A stretch of 64,000 nt of DNA from NCBI GenBank assembly GCA_965178125.1, contig OZ237737.1, positions 434,001 to 498,000 of the forward strand. The letters run 5' to 3'. The position numbers and the translations under genes are program-made. Positions 24,204 through 37,900 of this stretch are shown piece by piece. The DNA comes from Bilabrum cf. latius. Lineage: Eukaryota. The notes beneath the pieces were generated by a model, which saw only the letters and a program-made list of their open reading frames with translations, was not told the origin of the DNA and ran no database searches. The first letter of the stretch is position 1, and the number at the start of each line of letters is the position of its first letter.

Positions 24204-25723
24204 ATGCTGTGGGTTGATAAGCACAGACCAACGTCATTGGATAAATTAGATTATCATGTCGACTTGTCGAAGAGATTGGCATCATTGGTGAGATCTGCGG
24301 CTGGCTGCGGCCCACGGCATTTTTGAATCATTGCGAATGTTATTATCGATGTCCGCCTTATAACTGATCTTCCTTGGCGAGTCGTGCAGGCAGAATCAGG
24401 AGATATTCCTCACATGTTATTCTCTGGTCCTTCTGGAGCGGGAAAGAAAACAAGGGTCATGGCACTCCTCCGTTCGCTGTTCGGAGCCGGGGTTGAAAGG
24501 GTGAGCACATTCGATTCCCATGCCTTGTGCGCGGTCACATCCCGCTCATTAGTATCGCGAGATACATGAACCAACAATTATCGCAGATGAGAATTGAGCA
24601 CAAGTCGTTTAAGACTCCGAGCCGGCGAACCGTAGAGGTAATGACGGTAGCAAGCAACTTTCACATCGAGATGAACCCTTCGGACGCCGGCATTTATGAC
24701 AGGTATGTGGTACAAGAGGTTATCAAGCAGATAGCGTCAGCTACTCCGTTGGCAGAGATAGACGCATCCGGGAAAGCGAGCGTCGCCGTGACATCGCTGG
24801 TGGGCGGCTCATCCTCCAAGGGCAGCAAGGCAGCCACCGCGTCCAGTGGCGCAGCTGCCATGGAGGACGACGGCGACGCAGATGAATCCAAAGCCGCGTC
24901 TGGGGCAGGTGGTGACTCCAAGACATCGGAGGTTGCGCTCGGTGCAGCCTCCTCCTCCTCCTCCTCCTCCGGACGAGCCAAGCGCAAGCCCAGGCCCAAG
25001 TTCAAGGTAGTCGTGCTCACGGAGGTAGACGGGCTCTCGAGGGACGCGCAGGCAGCGCTGCGCCGAACCATGGAAGTCTACATGCGCACCACGCGACTGG
25101 TATTGTGCTGCGAAACGCCCTCCAGGGTGATCGCTCCGCTCCGATCTAGATGCCTCACGGTGCGGGTGCCGGCGCCCTCCCAGCTGGACGTGATGAACGT
25201 CCTCGGGGCAGTGGCTAAGAAAGAGAGGCTCGATTTGCCCAAGGCACTCGCTGCCAGGATCGCTCGATCGGCCGACCGCAACGTGCGGCGGGCAGTGCTG
25301 ATGCTCGAGGCTTGCAGGGTGCAGCAGTACCCTTTCTCGGCCACCCAGCCCATCTAGACGATGGACTGGGAAAGGTACATTTAGGCCATGGCAAGGGATA
25401 TCGAGGCGGACCAGTCGCCTGGTTAGCTGTTGCGGGTTCGCAAGAGGATCTACGACTTGTTTGTGGCTTGCATTCCCAGCGATGTGATCATGAGGACACT
25501 GACCAGGGAACTGCTCAGCCCTCCCCCGAGTGCTGGTGGCATCTCAGTGCCGCTGCAGCACCAGCTCGTGCTGTGGGCGGCGCACTGCGAGCATAAGATG
25601 CGGCTGGGGTCCAAGGATGTCATCCACATCGAGTCGTTCGTGGCGAAGGCCATGCACCTGATCAAGCACTCCAAGATCTAGCAGTACCAGAGGGCGGCGG
25701 CGAGCGGTGGGGCGGGCAAGTGA
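24204..25723 (+). CDS. RFC3: Replication factor C subunit 3 (human RFC3 / yeast Rfc5 orthologue, ~443 aa)
   Basis: Exons 24204-24287, 24390-24500 and 24587-25723 with GT-AG introns. Motifs MLWVDKHRP, GPSGAGKKT, DAQAALRRTME, PLRSRCL and GSKDVIHIESFVAK. In-frame TAG at 25355, 25382, 25424 and 25679; stop TGA at 25721. Confidence 0.95.
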
Positions 25724-25927
25724 GGGTGGTTGATTTAAAATGCTTGGGCATGGAACAATCGAATCTGTACGCTCCTTTTCTTTCATCAAACTAAATTCGA
25801 AATCTGATCCGGAATCCGGATGGACACATGATGCCACCTGCCCAATGGCAGGCGGCAGGAGCTTAGTAAATTCGAAGACTGATCCGGCTGTACAAGAGGG
25901 TGACCCCCGTGGCCAAGCGCTACCATT

Positions 25928-28900
25928 TCACACCATCGCAGCCTTGCGCACTTCCGAGCGGTCGGCCTCACCGTGGTCGCCGCCCGCAGCCGACGCAACG
26001 CCTGGCTGCTTGTCTTGCGCCTGCTTGATCACCTCACTCCGCTGGGCTCGCGAGCGACGAGCGAATAGATAGAAGGCAGCCACCACTGCCACGATGAACG
26101 CCACCCCGACAGCCACCATGGCAATGCCGCCAGCGGTCCATGAGTCGTCGTCGTCTCCGTCTCCCTCGGTTCCGACTGCCAGCGGACTCGGCGATGGTGT
26201 GGGCATGGGCGGCGCCTCGGCCACCACTTCCTCAGTGAGCAGCGTCTCTGTAGCCACGGTAACAGAAGACGCATCGACTGCGATGGAAGACCGCAGCTCG
26301 GCGGGAGCAGCCGCCACCAGGTCGTCGAAGAGGCTGCCGGTCGCTCCGCCGCCAGTGCCACTACCGCTGGAGCTCGGTGCTGCCACGTACGCCTGCAGGG
26401 CGCTTTGCACGGCGGTAGTGCTTGCAGTTGCGGGCATCCTCACTGAGAAGTCTACCTCCACGCCAGCACCTGCGGCCTGCAGCTGCCTGCTTCTGGCCAG
26501 CACCCGGCGGTTGGAAGATGCGGCCGTGACGCGGTTGATGGTGACCTCCTCCGCCCCGGTCCTGTTCTAGATGCTGGCCTTGAAGGGTTCCTGCAGCGAC
26601 GCTACGAATTGCTGCGGCGAGACACCGGTGATGGCGAGGGCCTCCATCTTGACGTACGTACCGGCAGGCCGGGTTGGAGCGGTGCACGTGCGGGTTGCGT
26701 CGGCGCAGATTAGCTCGCCGTCGCAGTTGGGAGTCCCGACGCAGGCGCGGCCCTGCGTGCACGCGGGGCAGCTGTCGTCGTAGGGGTTGCCGCAGTCAAT
26801 GTCGGATTCGTATCCGTTCAACTCACCGTCAGAGCACGTCGGCTCGACTGGCGCCTCTGATTCGACAGGTGCTGTGCTTGCCGTTGGCTCGGCTGGTGCT
26901 GGTGAGCTTGACGCTGATGGCACGGCTGGCGTTGGCGTGCTGGATGTCGATGGCTCGGCTGGTGATGAGCTGGTGCTGGTAGACACCGATGGAGTAGCAG
27001 AAGGCGACACGGAAGCTCCCGCACTCATGGTGGTGGACGGCGTCGCAGAGGAAGTAGTAGAAGGCGACACAGAAGCTCCCGCACTCATGGTGGTGGACGG
27101 CGTCGCAGAGGAAGTAGTAGATGGCGACACAGAAGCTCCCGCACTCATGGTGGTGGACGGTGTCGGCGATGTTGTGGGCGTTGGCGACGAAGAAGGCCTG
27201 AGCGTGCACAAACCGGCTGAGCACGTGGCGATGGTAGCGTTACAGTCGCTGTCCGACGCACAAATCTCGCCGGTGCTGCAGGGGCCGCAGTTCGGCCCGC
27301 CGCAGTCAATGTCCGTCTCGTTTCCGTTCTTCTCCGAGTCGGTGCATGTCGGTAGCAGTACAGTGCATGATCCCTTCGCGTCCTCGTCCCAGCCGGAGGA
27401 GCAGGTGCACTCGTACCCGGGAGACTCCATGGTCACCGCGCATGTGCCGCTCCCGCACGGCGACATCGAGCACGCGTCGAATGCCACCACGTTGCCGCCG
27501 GTGTTGAGCACGCCGACGCGGGCGCTGGACTGCAGCTCAGTAGAAGCAGCCTCCACAGTTCCGGCCGCGTACACTTTCGAGACTGTCGTGACCGGGCTAG
27601 ACCGCACGGAGAATGCGGCAGGGACCGCAAGACTGCGAGTGTTCTCCAGATCATCCGCAACCAGAAGCTCCACGGCCCGTGCTGGTGTGATGGTCGATTC
27701 CACCGCCGACACGCCCACAGTCGCAGGGTCTACGTTGGATGCAAGCCGGCTTGCCACGTCCCCAGCTTCGAACTCGCTCTGCTGTAGGATGTCAAAGCTG
27801 ACCTGGAAGCCGCGGAATACGACAGGCTCCGAAGAATTCAACTTCGAGGGCAACTCCCTGACACCGACGAGCTCCGTGAAGAACACGATCGCCTACTGGA
27901 CCTGCGCGACCTTTGCAATGGCCATCTTCAGCGAAGCCTTCACGTCTGCCGTGAAATTCGACGGGCCGAAACCTTGCACATAGACGGACGAGTTCGCTAC
28001 GAATCCGTACTCAGCATCGGCCACCGCCAGGTCCTCCCCATCCACTGCCTGGAACACGCCGTACTCGCTGAGGGTGGGGCACGTGACGTCCACGCCATCC
28101 ACGTCGTCTAGCAGCATGGCGCAGGTACCCTCGCGCAATGCACCGAAGTTGAAAAGCAGCGCCTCTCGGCTGGACTTGCACATGGTCTCGCACCTGCGCG
28201 TGGCAGGGTTGTAGAGTTTTCTGAAGGGGCAGGTGGGACCCTTATCGGCGTTTGTGAACACGTTGCACGTATAGTTGTCGTACTGGGCGTTGTACGTGAG
28301 GTACGCCTGCCCGAAGCAGTCAGGGTACGGCTCATCCTGGGCCACGCACTCGTTTGTGACCGTGTTGAGCACGGTGTTGTTGGTGCAGATCTTGCGGACT
28401 GGGTCGGCGGGCTGATCGACGCACTTGAGCTGGGCAGTGTCGAGGACCTGGCCGGTACCGCACTCCTTAGGAGAAGGCGGGGCAAGCCTGCACTGCCCTG
28501 CCTTAAAGTCATAAAGCTCATCATTGCCGCAAACGACGGGTCCCTGAGGACCGGGGCAGCCCCGCTGCGTGTACTTGGGCTCGATGGCATCTGCCGGGAT
28601 TGACTGGTTGCTGGCGAGAGCCTCGGCCACCTCCGCGGCTACACCGGCCGGTTCCTTGAACTCAACGGTTAGCTTGACAAGATCCACGTCGATGAATCGG
28701 CGGCCTGCTCCCTCCTTGTGTTTGATGGTGAACACCAGCGTGTCGAACCTCTGCCACGACTGGGCTGCATCAGGGCCCGCCGCCCCGTTGTAGGCCTCGC
28801 CGTCTCGCACCACGTCTTCGATTAGCGTCGAGATGTCGACGCTGGCTACGGTCTTGCTGAAGTCGGCGTAGGCTGGCACGGGCCAATCTACGCTCCCGCA

Positions 28901-31900
28901 GGTCATGCGGAGCGTCAGCGGACCGCCGATTCTCGCCAGGCCATCATATGTGCCGTTGCCGCGCGCGATTGCACCGGCGGAGATCTCCACGGTAATGTCG
29001 CCGTCGTTGCTGTTCTGGCTCGAGGTCTCAAAGTGCAGGCGCGCGTGGGCCACCCGTGTCCCGGGCGCCATGTCCACGAGCGGCATGAGCATGGTCAGGT
29101 GGTGGGCCCCGTCGAGTGGAAGGTAGGCTGTGCTCGTCAGCTCGGCGAGGATGCCGGTGCCCGTCCACTGGCCGATCACCGCGCGGCCGTTCTCCACGTT
29201 CATCATCAGCGCGCGGGTGGTGTGGCTACCTTCCGGCTCGGTCTCCACCAGAGTACCCGGCGGGTTCTCGCACAGTGACCCATAGTACCCGTCGAAGCAC
29301 TCGCACTTGACGACGTTGCTCCCCGGAGGATCCACAGTGCAGCGTCCCTTCCTCCCGCAGTCCCCGATGCTCTGCCGGCAGAGGTCAGCATCGTACTCTC
29401 CGACAAGATCGGACTTCACGCCGGCCTCGCGGACATCGCACGCAGGCCCAGCCCACCCAGCGTCGCACTCGCACACGTTGTCCGACTTGGAGCACTGCCC
29501 ACGGAGGCCGCACTGCTCATCTCTGCACACGTTCTCGGTCTTGTCGCACGCGAGGCCGTAAAATCCGTCAAAGCACTGGCAGCGGCCGTCCACTCCGCAA
29601 GCTCCGTTGTCACAATTGCTGACGCACTGCGAGAATAGGCTCAGCTGCTCCATCACGGGGTGCGTCTCTCCCACGTCAGCAGGGTCACACTGCTCAAAGC
29701 AGTCGAACTGGAGAGACTCGGGGGCAAGCTGGCCGTTGGTGGGGCACGCAGCAGACTGGAAGCACGGCACGCCGGCTTCCACGCCGACGAGAGCGCCATC
29801 AGATTCGGACTGTGCCTTCACGTCGCCGGCCATGTGGTACAGGGAGCGGCTGAGCGCCTGCACGACACCCGTGTACTGCAGCATTGCTGCGGCGTCGGCG
29901 ACCTGGCCCTGCGTTGACGACTCACTCGTCACGATTGCCTGCTGTGCATCGATGCGGGCCTGCATTGCCGCGTCCACCTTCCTCGCCGTGTCCTCGAGCG
30001 CACCGAGGAGAGCAGCAAGCATGGTCCAGCGAGAAGACGCCTGGGCCACCTGCACCTCAACGGTCGCATTGGCGGGGGCGGCAGTCCACTCGCTCGGGGT
30101 GAGGCCGCGGGCAAACTCACCACGGAGATGGGTTGTCCCGCTCGCGTCGGATACGTAGCTGGTAAGGTTCGCGGGCGCGAGAACGTTCGTTCGAGCACTG
30201 TCCACCTGGGCCTGGGCTGCCTGTTGCGTGCAAGCCGCCTGGGACACAGGAACTCGCGCACCTACACTGGTCCACGAGCTGGCCATGTGCAGCGCATCGA
30301 TGACGCCCACGGCGGCTGTCAGGCGAGTCTCGACCTGGCTAGCAGCCACGAGGCGCATGGGCTCGTCTCCGATTTCCCGGAACGACGACGCCAAGGCGGC
30401 GAGTCCGTCGGCCACATCCCGCAAGATCGAGGTCTCTGCCACGCTGGCATGGCACGCTGCCAGTTGGTTCGAGTCGGCAGGTGTCTCAGCAATCGCGCTG
30501 GCTGCCGGCTGCTGCACCAGCCCCAGAGCCAGTCCCACGGCCTGCGTCCACTGCGTGGTCATGCTGGTGGCACTGTCATCAGCGTGCAGGTTACCGACCT
30601 CTGACTACTTGGCGATGTACACCTCGGCATGGGTGGCCTGTCCCTGGGCGGCCATGCTGGCTGAGCCGGTTTGCTCGTTGTTGCTGTCGCAGGCGTGGGA
30701 ACCGCACGTCAGCGACACGGCAATGACAGCCGGCTGGAACAGCTTAGAGTTCTCCTTATCAAAGCCGAACCACTCGTCCGAAGGAATGGAGTGAGGCAGC
30801 CTCTGCACGGACCGGGCGGTCGCGTATCTCGCCTGCTCGTCGCTGATGTCGGGCAGCAGGGCCCACTCTCCGTCCCTGACGTCGTGCTGAGGACGGCGAG
30901 TCCAGGCCAGGAACGCACCCGTTGACCGGTGTGCGGCGACCTGCTTCCACACTGGTTTTCCATGGAGAGTCGTGCCTGTCTGCAGCTCGTACCAGCCCGC
31001 AAGATGGCCGTGGGCAGCCTGCTTGACATGCACGTAGTACCGGTTAGAAGCCACGCAGCGGAATCCCGCCGCAGACTCCTCGCTGGTGGGCGTGTACTGC
31101 TCGCTAGCCGGGATGTTACCGATGGATTGGCTCATGTACCCGTGCGAGCACCTGCAGTCGCTGGCCTGCTTGGAGCCCCTGGCGGAGTCCGTGTTGGCGG
31201 GGCACGGCTGGCAGTAAGAGTCTTCCAGCGTGGCATAAGTACCCGACGGGCACGCCTCGCAGAGTGTGCTGCCGTACACGTAGGCCTTGCCCGCACCGCA
31301 CCCGCACTTGCCGTTCTCCACGCAGATGTCCGAGCACCCGAGGTCGGCTTCGCTGCCCGGCTCGCAGCCGGTGGCACTCTTCCTGCTCTGGTAGTATTGC
31401 CAAGGCAGTTCAGGACCCTTGTCAGAGCCATCGGCAACGACTGTCATCCCAGGCGCGGTGGTTTGGTTCGCACACTCGCTCGCGGAGACGGCCCCCACCG
31501 GTGACATGGCGTAGCTTGGGCAGCCAGCTGGGCCCGTGCTCTCAGATTCGAGGTAGTACCCGGGGGCGGCGGTGACGCACGTGATGTTTGCGCTGTGTGC
31601 AGCATTCTGGGAGCTGCCCGACGCTACCTGCCAGCAAGGGTTGGCAATCGTCGCGGTAGCGGTGAACGGATACTCCAGGAACTGCCCCTCGACCGGGTCC
31701 AGGGGGGGCTGCCAGATCTTGTGGCACTTGGCGAGCTCCGTCGCGTCGTCAGACTCGGCTAGACGGATAGTCCACCTTCCATCCGTGTTGCGCGGGTACA
31801 TGAAGTACCTGTAGCCGCCCTCGCTATCAAGCTGCCGGTACCCAAACATGGGAGCCAGCTCACCCTCCTTGGCCTGGAGCTGCATGGCGGTGCGGTTGCG

Positions 31901-34900
31901 CACCCGATCGGGGGCAAACGGAGCTGCCATGAATTGGACCGTGTGGGGGGCCATCTCGTAAACTTCCCAATTTCCATTGAACTGGGACATCTCGGTGCCC
32001 TCGGCCCATTCTATCCTGACGACGGAGCAGCTGGGCGTCTGGCACCACTTCTTGTCGCCGAAACGCCGCCCAAAGAAGTCTCCCTCGGAAACAGGGCACT
32101 GCTTGCAGTCACCGTAGGTGGTACCTTGCACCGTGCTCGTGTGCTCCCTGTAGTGATCGACGGGACAATCCTGCCCTACCTCGGATGCCGGGGCAGGCGG
32201 GCCCAGGGCCAGGGTTGGGACGGTGGCAGGTGGACGTGGAACCTCTTCGTGAGGAGAGGATCGCATGCCGTCATCTACGGCGCAGCCAGCAATACCGAGC
32301 TCCCAGTTGAGTGGGTCGGTGTTGGTCGTCCCGTCGGGGCACTTCTTGCACTCTTGCGGCTCAGCATCGTTCGCATAGATGTATAGGTACTCGTCTTTGG
32401 CACACGCCCGGCACCCCGTGATGTCGCCGAATGCGTCCACGATGGAGCCAAGGGGGGCCATGCACTTGCAAGTGCTCTCAAACTCGCCGCTGGTCATTCC
32501 TGCGGGGCACGCCTCGCAAGCTGGCTTGTCGTCCTGTGTGGTGGCTGCCTTGAGCCCTGCCCTGCACCAGCACCTGGCCCTGTCGCTGCCGGTCATAAGG
32601 TACGAGAGAGTAGGCTCAGTGCTGTCTTCGCTGTTGTCCTCGGTGTACCATCGGTACTTGGTGGTGAACGAGTCATCTAGTGCCACATACTACCCTTGAC
32701 CGGGGAGCTTGGTCTGGTCCACCCAGGGCTGGTTGACGGCGACAAACCTTGGCTTGGGTGGCTGCTCCCAGCTCGAGTCGCTTCCATCCGGTTTCGTCGC
32801 ATTGATGGTCACCCTCTCAAAGGGAAAGAAGAACTTGTACTCCGTAGGGATTTCTTGAAACGTGCTCATGTCAAGAGTGGTGGGAGCGGGGTTCCAGACG
32901 TCCCAGTAGGTCCCCTCGCAGTCGACGTTGAGCAGGGCCGGGCCAGTCTCGATCTGCACAGCCAGCTGGCGGGAGAGGCCGTGCACCCCCATCGCCGCGT
33001 GGTTTTCTAGCCGGATCATGAGCACGTAGGTCTGTGCGACGGCTTGGTACGTCTCCGAGTCGAGTGTCTCGCCGACCGCTGCGTTCATCTCGCGGCGGAA
33101 CGTCTCGTCTGCAGCTGCCCCGCTGCACAGCGAGCTGGACGCAACGGAGCCCTCCGACGCGTCGGTGTCGAGCTCCAGCGCGTGCCACTTGAGAGCCTGT
33201 TCACCGGTTGTGGTAAACAGAGCGATGCTGATGTCAGCCTGGACGGCGGCTCCGGAGACGGCAGACTGTGCGCAAGTGTGGAAGCGCAGCACTTGGCTCG
33301 TGCTCGTCTCGAACTTGAACCAGGCGATCCGATCGCTGTCAGTCAGCGTAACCTGGAGGGCATCTTGGTTGCTTACCTGGGTGCTGATGTCTGTTGCTGT
33401 TGCAATCACGCCAGAGGGGGACAGCTTGGTGCGGCACCAGTCGTCGAAGCAGCCTCTGCCGTCGGGATGCTCTGCCGTGGCGTGGTCGATGGGCGACACG
33501 AATACCTTTGAAAAGGGTACAGCGGAACTGCTTGTGCGAAGAGCCTCAGCCACCGTGGCGGCATTGCTGGCCTGCACGCTCGTCTCAGCTGCCGTGATCG
33601 CAGTCTGCACGGCGGTTCCGTCCACGAGTTCGGCAGCGGTGGGTACGGTAGCATACTTGGTGCCTGTGAACTGCTCAGACACGGCATGCTCGAGGCCATC
33701 CCCTGGGTTGCTGTAATCGAGCATAGGCACATTGCCCGGCTGGATGTTGACGAGGTAGCCGGTCTTGTACCTGCTCGTGCACTCCCGCTTGATGCTGTTG
33801 AAGAGCCGGCAAGGGTTCCAGTACCTTGACTGGCCAGCATACAGAGAGCGATAGACGTTGGACTCGTTCAGACTGATTGGCACATGTCCATTGAGTTCCT
33901 CGCGCTCGATGGTTACTACGGATCCTGCGATGGGCTGCTTCTCTGGCCAGCCCAGGTCGTCCCGTCTGCCGTCGTAGGGAGCGTCACGGCTCCTCAGGTG
34001 GAAGAAGTGCATCGTGCGCTCCTCGAAAGGCGTAGAATCGTACTTCTGCAGCTGAAGCTACTGCTCCGTTGCCATGGTCTCCACCGCAAGGGAGAGGGCA
34101 GTGTCCCTGCCGTTAAGCTTGTGCTGCGCAGCGATGGCCGCGATTGGCCCTGCATCCGAAGCGATCAGGTCGACGTCCACGTAACCCTTGCAGGCATTCG
34201 ACTCATCGGCACACAGAGGGACAGAACCGTTGGACACGAAGTGGTGCAGGTCCGATCCATTGTACCACCCCAAGTAGTGCTTGCTGTGACCGTGGAAGTC
34301 GCCACCCACTAGAGCACCAGCACCTAGACCGTGCGCAGCGCCGCTCGATTCCTCGATGGAGACCCCTTCCGAGCCGACGGCAGCAGTCAACGGTGACCAC
34401 TCGTACGGGTGCTAGTTTGGGTCATAATCCTCATGGGGCTCCTGGTACCACCTCTCGAGCGGAAGCCTGAGCATCTGACCGTACGTCTGCATCATGGCCG
34501 AAGCCGTGATGTGCGGGAGGAGATCCTGGGCACCGGTCTCGCCTTGGATGGCGCTGCGGGCCGGGTACACGAACATGTCGCGGAAGGTGCTCCTGGACCG
34601 AGGGGCCTCGATTTCCCTCTCGCGCATGTAGTTGTTCTGATGGAAGGACTGCAGCCGCATGGTGAAACGGTCGGCCCGCACGGCCCACTGGTTGATCTCG
34701 TTCATGCCACCGTCAAACTGCCCCGGCGGGAAGACCAGCATCCAGAAGTCCGGGGCGTTATCACTGGATTCGATGTTGGGGTTGTCCTCCCCGAAGTCGG
34801 GGTCGCGGGGGAACGACGTGCGCAGGAACTCGTCCTTGATACCAAGAGAGGACCCCCTGTTGAACACGAAGAGGTCGCTGGCGTACATGGGGAAGTTGTA

Positions 34901-37900
34901 CCACTTGTAGATGCTGTCCGGCATGCCGGGCTGGTTCGCCTTGGTGCCCCAGTCCGTGATGTCCTGGGACAGAATTCCCTGCGGGGTCACCGTGAAATCG
35001 TCAAGGGTGGTTACCTCCGACACCCACGTGTTGCCGAAGGATGATACGTACAGGGCGCGGCTGAACTTCTCGATCTCGGATCGAAGGTGAGTCTCCACGG
35101 TCTGCTTTGTCATGGATAGATCCGTAGCCACGCTGTTAGGGTTGTCCCACGAATGAGTCGGCGTGTTGACAAACACAATGCCCATCTTCTTAGGACCAAG
35201 TGCGACCTCGGGGTTCTGGGCGTATGGCACGGGGAAACGCACAGCTTCCTTCTCTGTGGGGAACCTCCCGAGCTGCGTCGAGTAGGGTGACTCGAAGTAG
35301 CCCTCCTCAAACAGCTTGTTTGCGTCCCGCTGGTTTAGCCTGCGCGCCGAATCAGCTCCAGATTTGCCAGCTGCACCTGTCTCGGCACTCGTAGACTGCA
35401 CCGACGGCACAGCACCATCGGCAGAGAGGGAGCGGCGGTTGGCGCTTGAAGCAGAGCGACGAGCTGCAATCGACGTGGTGTTGAAACCATCGGCCGAGTT
35501 GTAGTCGCCGGCCTTGCACACGTTCACGCACCCTCTCGCTCGCTTCATCGCCTGCTTGTCGGGCACGTACGCGTACTCTTCTGTGGCACAAGTCGGCGCC
35601 TCTTCGAGAAGGTACTCGCCGTAGTTGATGCACGTGGTGTGCGGCTTGCCCGAAGGCTTGTAGATCCCAAATCCTGCACTGCACTTCTACCTCTCAAACA
35701 AAGGAAGGCACTGCTTGTACTACTCATGCCAGTAAAGCTGGGTACCAAACATGTTGGGGCAGCCGATCGGCTCCCTTGGCGTGAAGCATTTTCCCGTGCC
35801 GGTGTTCAGGTATCCGGTGGGACACGAGGGGTAGCTCACCCTGACGCAGGTCTTCAACTCCGTGTTGAAGAGGAAGTTGTCAGGGCACACGCCAAACTGG
35901 TCATCGAGGTCGTACGTGCAGTTGGGCGGTGCCATGTACCGAATCTCTACCTCAATGGGGACGGTACCGACCTTGCGGCTGCCAGCACCACGAATGGGCT
36001 GCACCAGAATCAGAAGCCCAGAATCAATGGTCCAATCGTCCGAATCCACAGCGTACTGCACGGCCTCGAACATGTCGGGAGATACCACCTCTCCCAGGCC
36101 GTCGCTCTCGGGCCAAGCGCCCAGCGCCCAGTCAACGGCCCCGCATCCGTGACCCCGTCTCTGCAGCTGAAACTCGCCTGAGGCGTCCAACTGAGGTCCT
36201 AGCAGCCCGGCAGAGGCCTGGCCGGAGAGAACGTGGGCCGACAGGCGCACTGCGGCTGGGCCCTGTGCCACGCCGTTCATGTGCTAGTCAGTGCTGCCAG
36301 GTGACTGCGCCATCCGAAGCTTGACGCTCAGGATGGTGCTGTATCGCGGCACGCGGAACCGCGGCACCTCGATGGCCAGGGTCTGCCTGTCTCCGGCCGA
36401 GTTTTCGTCCTCAGGGTCCGCCGGTACGGTGTGGAGCTCCAGATTGGCTCCAACAGTGTCGAGTTTGCCGGTGGTGCCGCTCTCTGTGGCAATGTAGCCG
36501 GTAGAATCGATAAAAACAGTCCTTCCGGTGGACCCGTCGTCGAAGGAAACAATCGTGTCCTCACTAACTTCCTGGTCACATGCCGGTCCAAAGTACCCCT
36601 GGTGACAGTAGCAGATGCCTCGAAGGCAGTCACCGTTCCCATTGCATTGGTCAGGCGTGCACAACCCATTGCTGGCTGACTCTGCATCATCAAGGTTGAT
36701 CTGGCAGTGCCTGCCACCATACCCGAGACTGCACTAGCAGACGCCGCGTAGGCAGGTCCCGTGCACCCCGCAATTGACTGTCTCGCACGGGTCGGGTGCG
36801 AACTGGCATTTGTCACCGCTGTAATCGTTGAAACACTCGCACTACCCTTCGACGCACGCACCATTCGCTCCACAGTCCACGTCTGCACACTGCTCCGCGG
36901 CGATGATGGCTTCACGGATGGCCTGCATGGCACCAGGAGCGTCACAGTCCTCCAGACCGACCTCGGAGCCTGCCAGCGGCTGGACCTACGCCTCAGGAGC
37001 GTTAATACACAGAGCGACGATGGAAGCAACCTGATCGGCAGGGTTACCGACAGCAGCAACCGCTTGGCGGGACCGCGAAAACGCGATTATATCCGACACG
37101 GACTGCACAACGTACTCTCTCCACCCTTGCACCGCGAGACACGCCTCAGAGTCGGCATCAGTGGCGGAGTCACGAACCGCGCTCTCAATGACGTTGGCGG
37201 TATCAGCAACCACTTCTACCATGTTGGTGATCAACGCTGAGTAGTCTTGGATAGGTTCACAAACGTAGGCATGCGGGACTAGAGCATGAAGGTCATCAAG
37301 CAGCTTGTTGGCCTGCTCCACGGTGAGCTGGCTTGTTGAAGAGCACGCATGAAGAGCGCTAGAGTTGGCCATGCTGTCAATGGCGCTCTCTTCACGGTCG
37401 ATCGCTCCGGCCATAGCATCTGCAAATGGCGCGATGAACTGCCTATGCAGAGTCGTCAGGAGGGGGTCGTTGGTGGACGACAGCATGAGCGCACCGACGT
37501 CCTCGATTGCCTGCAGAGCCGCCCGGGTTGCGTACAGGGCCTTGCTTGCAGGCACGGCAGCCGTCGTTTGTCGAGTCGTCAAGATGCCGTCACCTCGGTC
37601 ACCAAGCAGAGCTTCATGAGCCGATCGCATCATAGTTTCCATGGCCAGGCCGGCCCTGATAGAGAACTGGCACGTCTAGCTGCCCGGCTTTGCCAGACGC
37701 ACGAGGCCAGCAATTTGCTGGACGCTATCAGTTGCACTAGAGTCGCGCAGGACGTGGCTACCACACCCAATAGAGCTGCAGTCCAGCATGGCACGCAACT
37801 GAACAGGCGTGAATTGCTCCAAACGAGGCTCAAACACCTCCCACTGGAGCCCGTCAAACGAGAAGCCGAATTCTCCCTGCGAGGACGGTGCCGTCGCAAA

